From Lingula anatina (lineage: Eukaryota; Animalia; Brachiopoda), in the NCBI GenBank assembly GCA_051362555.1, contig CM120644.1:4348954-4412953 (forward strand): DNA of 64,000 nt. The letters are read 5' to 3'. Of this stretch, positions 12,624 through 25,364 are shown piece by piece (position 1 is the stretch's first letter; every line of letters starts with the position of its first letter). The translations under genes were made by a program, and so were the position numbers. The notes beneath the pieces were generated by a model. It was given only the letters and a program-made list of their open reading frames with translations, made no database searches and was not told the DNA's origin.

Positions 12624-15600
12624 TACCCTGTATTCTTGAAAATGTTATTTTCTCTCAACAGAGAACGCCACACGGACGTGTCTACCCAATGGCACGTGGA
12701 CCAGAGTGGATCGGTCCAGATGTTACTTTTTGTACGGTCATGAAGGCCAGAAACAAGTGCAAGTACGGTTTCTTTTTATTTTGTTCGGACGCTTTGATTA
12801 CCCTTTGGTCAGACGATATGTAGAAGTGGAATGGAACAGAACTTGTTTGTTTCGACCTATATTATATATTTTTAAAAGAAGACTGAATTATGTGTAACTT
12901 ATTGGTATATTTTTTTTTTAAATTTTCGTACGTCATTTGATATCATATTCTTGATAAGAATATGTTCAATATTGTGAGTGCTGCAGAAGTATTGAATCTA
13001 GCCTATAAGTACTATATCATGGATGTAATTCTGCATCTTTTATGTTGACGTTTCTTTTAATTTTTTTTAGGATTTAGAATTGCACAGCACGATCCTTAGT
13101 TGTATCTACTTCACAGGGTTTGGCCTGTCAACGTTAACTCTGCTAGTGGCCTTGGCGATATTTCTATACTTCAGGTCAGTTTATGCTGTACAGTACGGTC
13201 CATTTCGCATCGAGTTTTCTGTATCGTACCAGTTTCACATCAAGCGGTACAGTTTTCTGTGTCGTACCAGTTTCACATCAAGTGACATCAAGTGGTACAG
13301 TTTTCTGTGTCGTACCAGTTTCACATCAAGTGGTACAGTTTTCTGTGTCGTACCAGTTTCACATCAAGCGGTACAGTTTTCTGTATCGTACCAGTTTCAT
13401 TGGCTCTAACATGAAATTACGGTATGCGTAGGTGGGGTGGGGTGGGGGGTTGCTCCATTATACACATTTGCGTCCAATCAAGTCATAGTCGTCTTTAAAA
13501 GTATATGCACTGGTAAGCTTACTGCCGGCGAGGTGTAGTAATTTTGTATGTATCATTTTTATCGCAATTATGCTGAATTTAAATTTCACAACTGTTTTAC
13601 GCATAGGATATAATAAGATAAGTGACGAGCAATACTTAGTTTATGAAAACGTTTTCGTGAATATTGCATGGGCCTGTTCTCCACAGAAGCAAAGTAAAAC
13701 ATTATTCGATAGAGAGGGACGGCCGGGTTTCAAATATACCTAACGTCCAGTTTTAATATTTATATTTAGTATATTTTATGAATGTCTCCATGCAAGCAAC
13801 ACAATTGTGTTTCAGAAGCCTGCGGTGCCTTCGAAATACCATCCACTGTCATCTCATCGTGTCCTTCCTGCTGAGGAACATGGCCTGGCTTATTTTGCAT
13901 TTCCTCTCCCCGGCCGCTATCTTTGACGACACACACAATGACGTCACACAGGTAGGTACAGATTACTACTAAAACACTTCCTTGCGCTAGGGTCGTTTAT
14001 GAAATTAGAGCATCCGCGCAAAAACAGTATTCAAAGAGAACGAGTTTTTCATCCAAGGATGGTGATATATTTATGAATTTTGATGAAGTCGATCAGACCA
14101 TGGCCAGGCTTTTAATATGTTTTCAAGTAAATCGTTTGGTTTCAACATTATGTTGAAATGGACAGCTGCATGTAAGGGCGTGGTAAGTGCAGAGTTGTAC
14201 TTGACCGACAAAACCGCAAATTTATCGTTTTCACGAACTAAAAAACTTCGAGAATTTTGGTCCGATTCACGATGTTGGGAGATAAATCCTCAATTCGGGA
14301 GAGTTGACAGATTTATTGTAGCTTCTGATATCACTGTCCCTGTGGGGTGTATTGGGCTAAACCACAAGATAATCTCATGAAGAAGCTAGAGACAAACCCT
14401 AAGAATTCTGAATTGTGGTTGGTGAGACAACGAACTGATTGTGCGCCAGTGTTTTCTGGTCACAATTCCGTATGTCAAGACATTGCTATAGATGGGACTT
14501 CTGTATTAAATCACCAGGCATCGGATATTTCCTGTTTCTCATATTGAGAATAGTGAACTGAGTTTGAAAATATGAACGTTTTTGATTTTGTTTTAATTTG
14601 ACTGTTTAGAGATAATACCAATATGTTTATTCTTTTTCTAGTGGGCATGTAAACTGGCCACGGCTTTCCTCAACTATTCTGTTGGAGCCAATTTTTTCTG
14701 GACTTTCATTGAAGGTCTCTACCTCCACGTCATCATCGTCTGGGCATACTCCAGCGAGAAGATAAAGTTTTATTTATATTTATTTATAGGCTGGGGTGAG
14801 TATATCACAAAAAGTATGTATGTTCTGTACTATTAGTGCTGTTATTTTGAAGTCTCTATTTCAAATTAAAATTATAAAGGTAGCAATACTACCAAACGAA
14901 TGTATTGCTTGGCAAGAACATATTTCACCACTTAAATAAATGTACACATGTTTGTTAGTGTAAAATGGCTACAAAAGTTACGACTTATAGAAGTCTTTAG
15001 CAAGATAGAATGATGATGTTGAGGTATCATATTTGATTTGGGTTCACTTTTAGGTATTCCAGCCATTGTAATAATTGTTTGGGGCCTTGTGCGGTTTTTC
15101 ATCAGCGACATTCCGTAAGTATTCCGGCAGAGTACTTCTTTCTCCTTAAATATCTTTCCACAGGATAAACAACACAAACAAGAAAAAAAAATCATGGAAA
15201 GATAAGATTTGAAAAATTTGCACGCACATTTATATTGGACTCACATACATGTGTCCATAGTATACTTTTTAAATTTTTTTCACGATATAACTACATAAAT
15301 GTCTACAGTAAGAAGGCCAAACTCTTTGGCCTGTATGCCATTAAAGGGGGCGCCACTGGCAACTTTCTCACTATTTTAGTGTCTAATTTTCCCATACGGA
15401 AACTTACATAGTCAATTCCATTGACTTGACACGGAAGTTGTTTTGCGGAGATACATGATAGCAAACATGTGCACCACCGACTTAACACATATTAACATAT
15501 AATAACCTCGGTTTTGTCTCCCTTAGCTGTTGGATGCCCCTCCATGAGACGGAGATGAAAGATCGGTTGATCGACTACATCCATGTTGTTCCGACTTTAC

Positions 15601-15715
15601 TAGTATTACTGGTACGTACATATACCGTGTGGGTAATTGTAGTTCTTTGATATCTTGGCCATTCGCTCAAACGAATGTATGGTGAGCTATTGAAAAGAGG
15701 TTAAACAACAACATC

Positions 15716-15753
<38 letters not shown>

Positions 15754-17478
15754 GTGAACAAATGGAGGTATAAACGATAAAGTGGACGACAATTTTGTTT
15801 TGGTAATTACAGTTACATTTTGTTTATGTAGGTTTGAAGAGCCTCTTTCACCTGGCTTGCGCCCGCTTGGAAAAAAGTTGTCAACGAGTTAACTAAAATT
15901 GGTTTTAAAGCGATTGCAAACTTGGTGTTACACAGGATTTGCACTCACAAAAAGCAAAAAAAAAAAGGAAACTTAACTGCCTTATTTATCTTATTTGTAG
16001 GGTAATATCATCTTTCTTATCTCAATAATATGGGTTCTGATTGCCAAGCTACGGGAACATTTCCCAGAGGCTAGCCAGTACAGGTGAGATATCTGATCTG
16101 AATATTACATAATATTAGGGGAAAATGACCAGAAAGTTTTGCTTAGGTTCATTGGAGAAAAATGGATAAGGTCTTTTTATTGATATCTATCTTGGAAAAT
16201 GCCTTTTAGTTGAGAAATGAAGAATATCTGAATTTCAAGAAGAAGAGTGTACCCCCACCCTCCCTCGACGGATTCAGGTGCTGAAAAATATTGAAATCAT
16301 TTAAAAAAAATGTGCGATATGTTTTTAAAGATGTCATAGCGTAAATTTTTCATTTGTTTCAAAAGGGTAGACGGGAGGTGTGTGTGCGCGCTCGCACGCG
16401 AGCGCGCGTGTGTGTGTGTGATACCGCGATTTGCTTTGAATATCCTTCATCTATCCCTATCCTCGCGATCCGTACTAAATACTATTCCATTAAGTATAAC
16501 GAGAAATCGTTATTTTTTTTTCACTCAGGAAGGCAATACGTGCCACCATAATTCTCCTCCCTCTGCTGGGGGTGACGTACGTCCTGGTTCTGGTACCACC
16601 CAGTGAAGACCCCCTCACAGACAAGATCTTCAAGTACTGCAACGCCATATTGATTTCCACTCAAGGGCTATTTGTCGCCGTATTGTATTGTTTTGTGAAT
16701 AGAGAGGTGAGTGTATCAACCGTGTGATCTCTCTCTTCACCGTCCCCCTCACCCTGGTAAATTCCTAGCATTAAAATTGAATTAAGGTGATGACGTTGGT
16801 GAAATGTGATACATGGAGCGAACAAGTATAAACTGTACCAGTATATGCACGGAAAACGTGTCTGGTGATTTGAAAACACTATTCGCCTGACTTTTTTCAT
16901 CATTACGAAAAATGAAGTGAATTTCATTGTGCGAACGAGGGTGAATGTCGTATCATGCCTTGTCTTCATGCATGGATTTATTATGAAAATAGATTACTGA
17001 ACATTAAATGAAATATAGATAAAATGAAAAATACAGTATAATTTGCTTACGTAAGTTACATAGAGTCGATGTTGGCGTCGGAGAATTAAAAAGCCACTAG
17101 CGCAGTAAAGTCTTTAGTGGCTGGATATCAGCAACAGATATCCCCTACTTTCTATAACGTATGGCTATTTAACATGACGACAGCGCAACTGTTTAAAACT
17201 GATTGATTTTTTGGAGGGGGGGGGGTGAGCACAACTTTGTTGTTATCTTTTATTTCTCGCTGCTTTGATATAAAAAACACCTCCATCTCAATTTATCTAC
17301 TATTTTTTCACAGGTTCGTGCTGCAGTTTTAAGAAAGTACAGGGCGTGGATGACAAGACGTCACATACAAACACAATCAGAGCGCATACGTATGCAGCAC
17401 CAGGGTAACTCTGTGACGTCAGAGAACGGCTGTGGAGTGGCTGCCCCGCCCATCGACACGGATATTCTCCTGCCGTAG
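5737..17478 (+). CDS. Class B1 (secretin-family) GPCR, CRF/DH44(ELH)-receptor-like, ~438 aa, 11 coding exons
   Basis: Exons 5737-5860, 12036-12161, 12662-12762, 13071-13174, 13816-13951, 14642-14795, 15054-15114, 15527-15611, 16001-16083, 16529-16706, 17314-17478; all GT-AG and phase-consistent. Six-Cys hormone-binding domain (CNTSWHSNICWP, RCP, TRTCLPNGTW), FRSLRCLRNTIH, NFFWTFIEGLYLH, GWGIP, CW, RKAIRATIILLPLLG, STQGLFVAVLYCFVNREV. Confidence 0.93.
7131..7280. repeat. Compound (CT)n microsatellite with periodic cgtttt interruptions
   Basis: Directly visible; lies in GPCR intron 1. Confidence 0.95.
8479..8702. mobile_element. MITE family A, degenerate copy (PIF/Harbinger-like)
   Basis: Long TIRs (gactccgttcacatgaaaaatctatt...gatttttcatatgaacgaagcc). 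The right half matches the intact copy at 38267-38525. Confidence 0.8.
10230..10380 (+). mobile_element. L2/CR1-type LINE 3' remnant
   Basis: Translation ARLETFGGLALLVYGPNEWNILPMYLK resembles the ORF2 C-terminal consensus of these LINEs (T.G.RAFS..GP..WN.LP). Confidence 0.55.
10795..11009. mobile_element. MITE family B (PIF/Harbinger-like, TTA/TAA flanks)
   Basis: Homologous over its length to 25516-25735 and in part to 50648-50840; imperfect TIRs containing gatcgatc. Confidence 0.8.
11389..11749. mobile_element. MITE with ~50 bp TIRs carrying a nested palindromic element (11426-11534)
   Basis: Left gggcgcgttcacaatgagtctatcgcaccagctac pairs with right gtagctgttgcgataaattcattgtgaactcaccc. 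The inner element cccagaaaacacataacgtt...aacgttatgtgtttgccgag splits the left TIR. Confidence 0.72.
13213..13399. repeat. 38-bp minisatellite, ~5 copies, in GPCR intron 4
   Basis: Unit gtacagttttctgtgtcgtaccagtttcacatcaagtg, head-to-tail, with one 10-bp internal duplication. Confidence 0.92.
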
Positions 17479-18397
17479 AGCTGTCGCACAACATATTCAA
17501 ACAATTACCGTTTAAACAGACGTTTAAACGGACAATGCCATGTATGGCAATCAGTGATGTTCTCAAGGTTGTACCCAGACAAATTTCTTTGGAATATTTG
17601 ACGCTGGAAAGTTATAATCTCTCAGTGGCGCCCTCTTCAATCAAGAAAGGCCCATGTGATGAGCTTCAACTCCCATAATCTAACGTTTGATGTGAACTCC
17701 AGTTATTATTAAAACTGAATCAAACAAGTATGTTGTCATCTTAATCATTCACCTTTTTAACAGTTTTCCTTTACTTTTGTTTTCCTTTTTTAGTCATTTG
17801 ATATCAGTCAATTGTATATTGTATATTGTAACTCATGGTGCAAAACAAAACTCAGTCCGAAAAATGACTGTTGTGAAAAGATATTTAAAGTAGATTCCAA
17901 CCTAGATGTTTTATGATTTGATGAAGTCTCCTCTGTTGTTAGTATTGATATCATCAAATTCTGAATACACAAGGTGGGCGACAGAAGGCGGAAAGTAGGC
18001 CTAGATGTTGTAGCACTTTCCAGGTCAAGCTGTTTCGAAAATTAATTTCGAGATGTCAAATATTACTGGTACTTTAGTATGGCGTATCATTCAAGTATTC
18101 GTGGGGTAACAAACAAGTATACTGTCATCCACTGTAAAATTATAACTCAGTTTCTCGACCTTCGATCTTCGCACAAATGAACAAATTATTTCTTTCTGTG
18201 TCCTAATTGTTGCACTAATGTTAACGTGACGTGACGAGATAATTATTTATTTTATTTTTATGACAACATTGAAGAAGTTTATTTGTACTCTTTCCGTTAG
18301 AATCAAGTGCGAAAATAGTCATTGTGCACGTGCACGTGTATTTAAACGTTCATAACGTGGATAAATGTGTTGACCCTGTTACAACAAGAAGTCCGAT

Positions 18398-18432
<35 letters not shown>

Positions 18433-19697
18433 AATGTTTGGAATAATGTTGCACTTGTACAATATACTCATTATAAATAGATAACATTTTATAAGTTCAT
18501 TAAAGAGTCATTTAACCAAACGAGCCGTTTGCGTGCTAGGTACACTTTTTGAATACCTAATTGAAACTGAAAAAAAGTGAGACCACTTTATAGACTAATA
18601 TGTTTTTTCGCTGATTATTGTTTAAAAGGATAACAACTGTTCATTTTGGTAACAAATAAATTTTCCTGGGCTTTCCTGGACAATTTTCCCGTGCTTACCA
18701 ATGGTTAATGAATTCAATATTCAGAGTTAGTCCCTGTTTTTTTTCTAAAAAGTTTTTTTTTTTTTTTGTAATAATCTCGAAAGAGATTATTAAAGAGTAT
18801 AGCCATCTATAGAGGTCACGTAGTCCGATGACAAGCACAGATTTCAAAATTATTGCTATAACTGGTGTTTTTGTAGTAAAATACATGTAGAATATATTAT
18901 ATTTCTATGAGTTGTGTACAATGTATTTATTGTGAAATATTGGTCTCATAAGAAGAGATGTTATTTCTTTAACTTATAACGGTACTTGGGTCGATTGCCG
19001 TAATTTAGACATTAATTTTTTTCAGAAGGTATTCTATATGTTGAGGCTATATATCAAAATCTTTCCCTTAATCTCCCGCTCAATTCTCTTTTCTGTCCGA
19101 AGACTTAAAAACAAGTACTCTTATCCTACTAGTACATGTACAACGTTTATATTCAACATATTCAAATTAAACCTTAGAACTATAAAACAGCAGAAGGGTG
19201 TATTGGAATGAGCCTCCGTTTGTTTCAGAGCCTTTGAACCACGCAGGACCCAATCCTTGATGACTTGCAGCTAAGCAATTTGTCACTAGAATCCCAAATA
19301 GACATTTAGTCTTCAAAATCAGTTATACTTTGAACAGGTACACTAAACGAATACTAGCAACTGATTTACATTTTACTTCATGTCAAAAAACCCAAAATAA
19401 TTTACAATCCCTGCCTGGGCACCGATTGCACCAGTGAATCAAATAAAAGTAACCTACAATAATAACAATATCGTGTCAATGGATATCAGAAATATAAAGA
19501 CAAACTACACAGTAGGCTACTACATGTACTTGATACCTTGTAAGTTTTAAAGACTGATGTTGGCCAGTCGAGTGCTTTTGGTGAACACCCAACGAAAGAA
19601 AGGTGTATCCGTTTCCTACGTGCATTATTGATTATGAAGAAAAATGAATAATATGATACTTGAAAAAAAATCATCATAAAAGATGAAAATTAAATGA

Positions 19698-21966
19698 TCA
19701 TAGACTATGTTGCTTATATGCCAAATGATGCTTACGATAATACAGTCCCTTTACCACCACTACTGCCAATGCGAAAAATGGCGACAGAGTCAGTCCAAAC
19801 AAGAACTCTTTGTGAGTAAACTCAAACTCGTCCTTTTTGTTTAAAAGTTTGGTTAAAGTGCTGTCTGTAGTATCAGAGATTATCATGTGCAATTTGTCAA
19901 TGATGTCCGGTATCGTTGGCCTGTCTTTGGGGTCCGCGTCCAGACAGTAACTCGCATATCTTGTCAGCTCGTCACTTATCGGTTTAAACGCCATTACCCG
20001 TCTTAGAGCTTTACATATTGAATAGACATCCGAATTCACGCTGGTCGGGACGTCGTCGAGCACTTCCGGTGCCAGATGGAAAAACCGTTTTCGTTCCTCA
20101 GGTGGCACTGCCCTGTACATATGAGGGCGTCTGTAACTGGCGCTCCCTACGTCTATCAGTTTCACCTCGGGTTCTCTGCCAGACATATCTACCAGCATGT
20201 TTGCCAGTTTTATATCGTTGAACAACACATCTTCTTTATGAAGGCGATCAATAGATTGCACAAGTTTGAGACAGATTTGTAACCAGTCAGGTTGCAGTCC
20301 ATTCTCAAGTTCTGGGCTATTGTTGTCCGTTAGGAGTTTCAAAACTGTCATGCCGTTGGCGTAATATTCATGCACGAGACCGAATTCTACCTCCCCGTCA
20401 ATCTCCGTTCGGACAAGTCCGTAAAACTTTGGAAGAAGTCCTGTCGGCTGTAACATGGCGGATAACCGAGCCTCGTGAAAAGTCTGCTTGAGTCTTTTTT
20501 TAGTTGTGTTCTTTGCAGTATGCTTATGGAAAACTTTAACGATCACCGGATACGTTTCTTTATACATCGCAAGGTAGACACTCCCAAAACTACCCGATCC
20601 AACCAAAATGTTTTGCCCCGAGGAGTTTTTGACATAGGTGATATTTTCGTAGCAAAGTCTGTGAACAGGCGCTGCAATATATGGATCCTCTGGTCCCGTT
20701 ATATTAGCTTTCCGATCATGAGCAGGGAGATCGGGAAGTTCTGGCGAAGGTGGCATTTGAAATAACTTTGTCCTGTTCTTGACATCGTCCTTATTTTCTT
20801 TTACGGCGATAGGGTCTTTTTCTGAAGCGTTGTGGCTTCCAGTTTCGTTGATTTTTTCTTGATCAACAGAAGAATTCCCGATGTTTTCTGTGATTTCGAG
20901 AGTCAACGCGGTTGTGTTCGCCATTTGGCTCTCTGCCGTCTTCTCGTTGATCGCTGCCTGCGCCAGGGCCCCTGCTCGAAAATACAAGGATTTCATAGTG
21001 TGATTAACCTGAAACTGCACTTTACTAGTAATATGCTAGTATGTACTTACTAGTAAGATGCAAATAGAACATGATAATCTTCAGCATCAATGAATATGCG
21101 AAAAACATATGAGATTAGCAATAAAGCCTTGATTGCATTATATAGAAAAACGTGCAGGTATTTTTGCATTATGTTTTATCTATCAATTATATTATATTGC
21201 ATTGCTACATGTATGTACGAGGTCATAAAATGAATATACCAGTACATAAACTGAAATTGAGTTATATATTCAGAGAGTGCATAGTAAATAATATATAATG
21301 TAGCCGGTATGTATCCAGAACGTACTGGACTTAATCGCCGATCCAATGGTTTTATTCTTTTTAATAATTATTCTTCTGTGAAGACGTTTTATACTTTAAG
21401 TACGTAAACACAACGTGGGGTCCAAAAAAAAAAAAAAAAAAAAAAGAAAAGAAAAAAGAAAAACAAGATATTTAGCATTGGTGGTCTTATGTCATCTCTA
21501 GAGTGAAAAATACTCAGCAACTGGACTCTACATGTGTGACTAGCACAATAATAACGAATATGAAAAGCCTACATTGAGTTATCTTAGTACTAGCATTTAA
21601 CAGGCCAATCTCAAAGATTGTCTTTTTCTGAGAAAGTGGAACTCTTTGCGCCGTTGTCCATCTCGAGCAATGCCATACATGTAGACCTATTTCGTATAGC
21701 CTAGATTACATTTTGTTTCAGAGCGAACTTTTGCGACCCGCAAGGGGCTTTTTATTAGCCCACTGCCCCTTCACTGCTTATGGACTTGAGTCTCAGCGCA
21801 ACCTCTAAATTGAACCCATTACAATAATATAGATATTTGGCTTTTATCACTTACCTGGTATATTCGACGACTCATTTTCTTTGCTTTCCAACAGCGGCAG
21901 ACTCAACACTCCCATTTCTGATGCCAGCAAAAATAGAGCAGCTAACAAGCTTGCTTGGGTATCCAT
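19698..21966 (-). CDS. Protein kinase (~461 aa) with N-terminal signal peptide and C-terminal TM; predicted luminal/extracellular kinase domain
   Basis: Exon 1 21966-21855 (GCCATGG context; MDTQASLLAALFLLASEMGVLSLPLLESKENESSNIP; donor G|gtaagt, phase 1) joins exon 2 20971-19698 (acceptor ttgtattttcgagcag|GG, phase 1). Motifs: GSGSFGSVY, VIVK, alphaC HEARL, LFNDIKLANML, LIDVG, HLAPE, SDVYS, C...P..RPT. TM FLFGLTLSPFFALAVVVV followed by KGLYYRK. Confidence 0.85.
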
Positions 21967-23210
21967 GGCAGTAAGAAAAAACTTAATTTTGTCTTAATAT
22001 TTTCCTGATATTATGACAATGTGCTCTTTTTAATATCCTTATACCGAAATCTAGATCATCATAGCTGGATCATTAACCACCTTTCGTATTCAGGTCTCAA
22101 CATCCACTTGCAGGATGAATGTTTGGATTCTCATGAAAACCAAATACGCAGTCCTGGTGTTTTGCCTTACTTTGCGGCCCAGACACAGCTCTACGCACTA
22201 GGGATGTCCGCCAAGACTGCCATATGTAGAAACGGACGCTAGCTATGTCCACGGTTAAGCTGCCTATCATTTAGTGTCGCAGGTAAACGACACGAGGTCC
22301 AAATCCCGTGAATTGCGAATTTGGTGCAGCATAAGCGTATGCATAATGTTAAAGGCAGAATTGTTATTCAATAATGCATGTTCTAGTATATAGATACCTT
22401 GCGCCGGCATAGGATCGCATACGGCGATACAATGAGAGTAAAACACCAGGCCAAATTATAGAAGACAGTGGACGCCATGTGTAGACGAAAAATATTTTTG
22501 CTTCATAAATATATACCCTCCACATTTAATTCAAGGGTGTCCTACATAGGTTACAATGTACTAAAAAATGTCATCAACAAGCCCGCATCGGTGTGTTGAA
22601 GCAGTGAATGGCATATACTTGGAGCCTGCTTAATATGATATTTTGAATTATTTAATGTTTGTTTAAGTGCTTAGGTCAAGGTTGTGAAGATGGACCCGCA
22701 TGCGATAAAAGCGACTCTCTCGATTTCGACAGAAAGCTGTTACTTAAATATGAATTAATTGAATTTGTTAAACTGCGACTTATACTAGAAAGTCATAGTG
22801 TATGTGCATGTCAGTATGTCTGAGAACTATTCGTTTACCTCGGTAATTGTTTTGTTAACACTGTATACAAAAGGCTTGAATGTGAGCTAGGGCGCCGGTG
22901 CTCACATTGGCAGAATTTGATTGCATACAAACGCATAGAAAGGAAACGATTCACGTTGAGGCTTTAGGGGAAGATATCAAAACGCGAACTACGGCTGTTT
23001 GCAAAGGGTTTTATTTTTATTTTATTTGTAATTCTTATTTTTGCACACACACATACACACACACACACACACGAACGAATTCACATTTGAATAATACCCA
23101 CAGGTCGGATAGGCTGGAATAACATAAGGCACTCATGGAACAGCTTCAGGGCAGCTGCATTGCGTCAGAGAGCATGCAATCTCACCTACAGCATTTCATC
23201 CAGTCCCCCC

Positions 23211-23241
<31 letters not shown>

Positions 23242-24213
23242 ACATTGATAGTTTTATTTATCAGCCAGATCAGACAAGGCCCTGTATCACAAACTAACTG
23301 AAGAGTGAAAACTGATTTTGACTTTAAAAACAAAATTTTAGTCTTCTTCAACCAGGGGTAACTGAACTAGAAGTAATAGCTGTAGTATTTTGCCTGTTTT
23401 ATAACAGAAGAGACACTGGTGGTGTTTCAGACCTATATTTGTTTTGTAAAAACGTAGGCTTTCGTCGAATTATTTTGAACTGATGAAGACCAAATTTGGG
23501 GCTACAATTGTTTTATGAAACAGCTAGGTCTTCTGACTCACCTGACATACCTTATTTCCTTTCCATGTCACTTGACGCCCGCTCATTTCTGTCACATTCA
23601 CCAACGAGGTAGATACATGTAAAGACAATTATTGCGGTTATACGCTAGATAAATTCCGCTAAAAACTGGGGATACGTGGAGGTACTAGTAGCAAAAGTAA
23701 TTGAGAAATATACTTCCTAAACCACAAACATCTCAATCCTGCGATATGACACCGAAGTCATTATGAATATAAATACAGTGCATGGTGTAATATACTACGC
23801 CAGCGATACGTATTGTTAGCGTGGTGGCTGACATACGACTGACTTTTATCGTGTTAATATCTTAGTACACTGACCAAGGTTCGCTTGACCTACTTCAGTC
23901 CTGATCTTCAGCGCACCACATATCACCACTAGATGCACATTGTAGGCTGGGCTAGGTGAAAACAAGAGGCAGGCCAAGCCGGGGTCCGTCATTCACAGCT
24001 CGCTTAGTGTATGTGTAAGGTAGGTTGTTAAAGTCGTTAATCATTTCTTTAATTATATTAGTACGTTTGTCCTTTAGGGGCAGTGTGTCAATAAAGAACA
24101 TGCACGTTGAGAAGAGCAGGGGAGAAAGAGATGGATAGGGGTAGTAAAGTGTCTTTGTCCCCCACTCCTTACCGACCTCCCGGCAAAACGTCACTTATAA
24201 TCTGGTAAGGTAG

Positions 24214-24390
24214 CAGGCCCGTAGCCGGGGGGGGGGGGGGGGGGGGGGGTTCGAAAAAAACCACCCCTTTTGCTGGGAAAAGGTCCACTCTGGGTAAAAT
24301 TTGATCTAGGTACATGACGTTTTTAGGGAAAAATGTCCACTTTTTCAGAAAAAGAACCCCCTTTTGAAATTGCAGACTGGTTCTGGTGCC
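24214..24390. repeat. Dispersed repeat starting caggcc(c/t)gtagccg(G)n ttcga
   Basis: The same head occurs at 49267-49320 and a related tail at ~58160-58200; likely a non-autonomous DNA transposon. Confidence 0.5.
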
Positions 24391-25364
24391 ATATTCCAGA
24401 CAGTATGTCCCTCCCCTACCCATGATCTATAATGCGGTGTTACAAGATCGGTAATCCGCTTGCTATGACTTTAGGTGACTTGTACAGGTACATCTTATCA
24501 AGAATGTATTGTGTAAAACATCGTTTATCTTATGCCGTACATTACACTGAACTTCTATACACTGGCCCTCAATAAGCTTTATTTATATTAAATGTGGGAT
24601 CCCGGACTAACATCCGCAGGACCTCTATTCCTGTCCCGTCGGTTTCCATTGATATGAATATACAGCTAGGGTAAGTCCTATATTTTGACTGTAGTTCTAC
24701 ATTGTAGTGGAGGGTGGTCTCTCTCTCTGATAAACGGGTCCTCTGTTTCCTTACAGCCTCATGTAACGTAACCTGGATGTTTCGTGCTCAGAATTTGTAC
24801 CCAGACTGTTCTCCAAACTTGAATAATTCTATAACAATGTCGGGTACAGAGAAAGACACAATAGACATGTGCCCTCTCTCTCTCTCTCTCTCATTACTCC
24901 CTACCCTCTACCAGGGCCACCTTTGGGTTTTTACTAAGTGAATTTACAGGTTACATCTCATAACACACTTTCTGCTGGACAAAAATGTGCACATAATTTT
25001 TCTGTGGCCAGTAAAGTGGTCACACCCATACAAAAAAGGAGATGGAAGGATGGGAAACAAAACGGAGCATTTTCCCTCAGTCTCACATATTTTGGTAAAT
25101 ATGTTCTTGTGCACAGTTCAATTTTTGGAAATGATTATTTAATTTGATTTTTTTTTCATCGTGCGCCTCCTATCTCTCCTTAAGCAAAACCATGTCTTAT
25201 CTAAAACAATCATTTGTTATTTTATTTCTCTGTGTAATTTTATTTCTCAATTGTGTATTAAATTGAAAACATGTTGCATTTTAAATCATTTTTTCTTTAT
25301 TTTCAGATTCAAAACTTACATTGTTGTCGTAGTTGGACTGTAGCTGGCCTGAAGTCCAGACACC

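Noticed and set aside
13213-13399. 38-bp repeats resembling a CRISPR array
   Set aside because: Units are contiguous with no unique spacers, there are no cas genes, and the array lies in a eukaryotic intron; it is a minisatellite.
18624-18692. ~65-bp segment matching 48681-48745 in reverse complement
   Set aside because: Likely a fragment of a dispersed repeat; no termini or function discernible.
20972-21020. ORF-track N-terminus MQFQVNHTMKSLYFRA and the acceptor at 21008
   Set aside because: Splicing exon 1 to 21008 gives an immediate TAA, whereas the 20971 acceptor keeps the frame. This segment is treated as intronic, pending cDNA.
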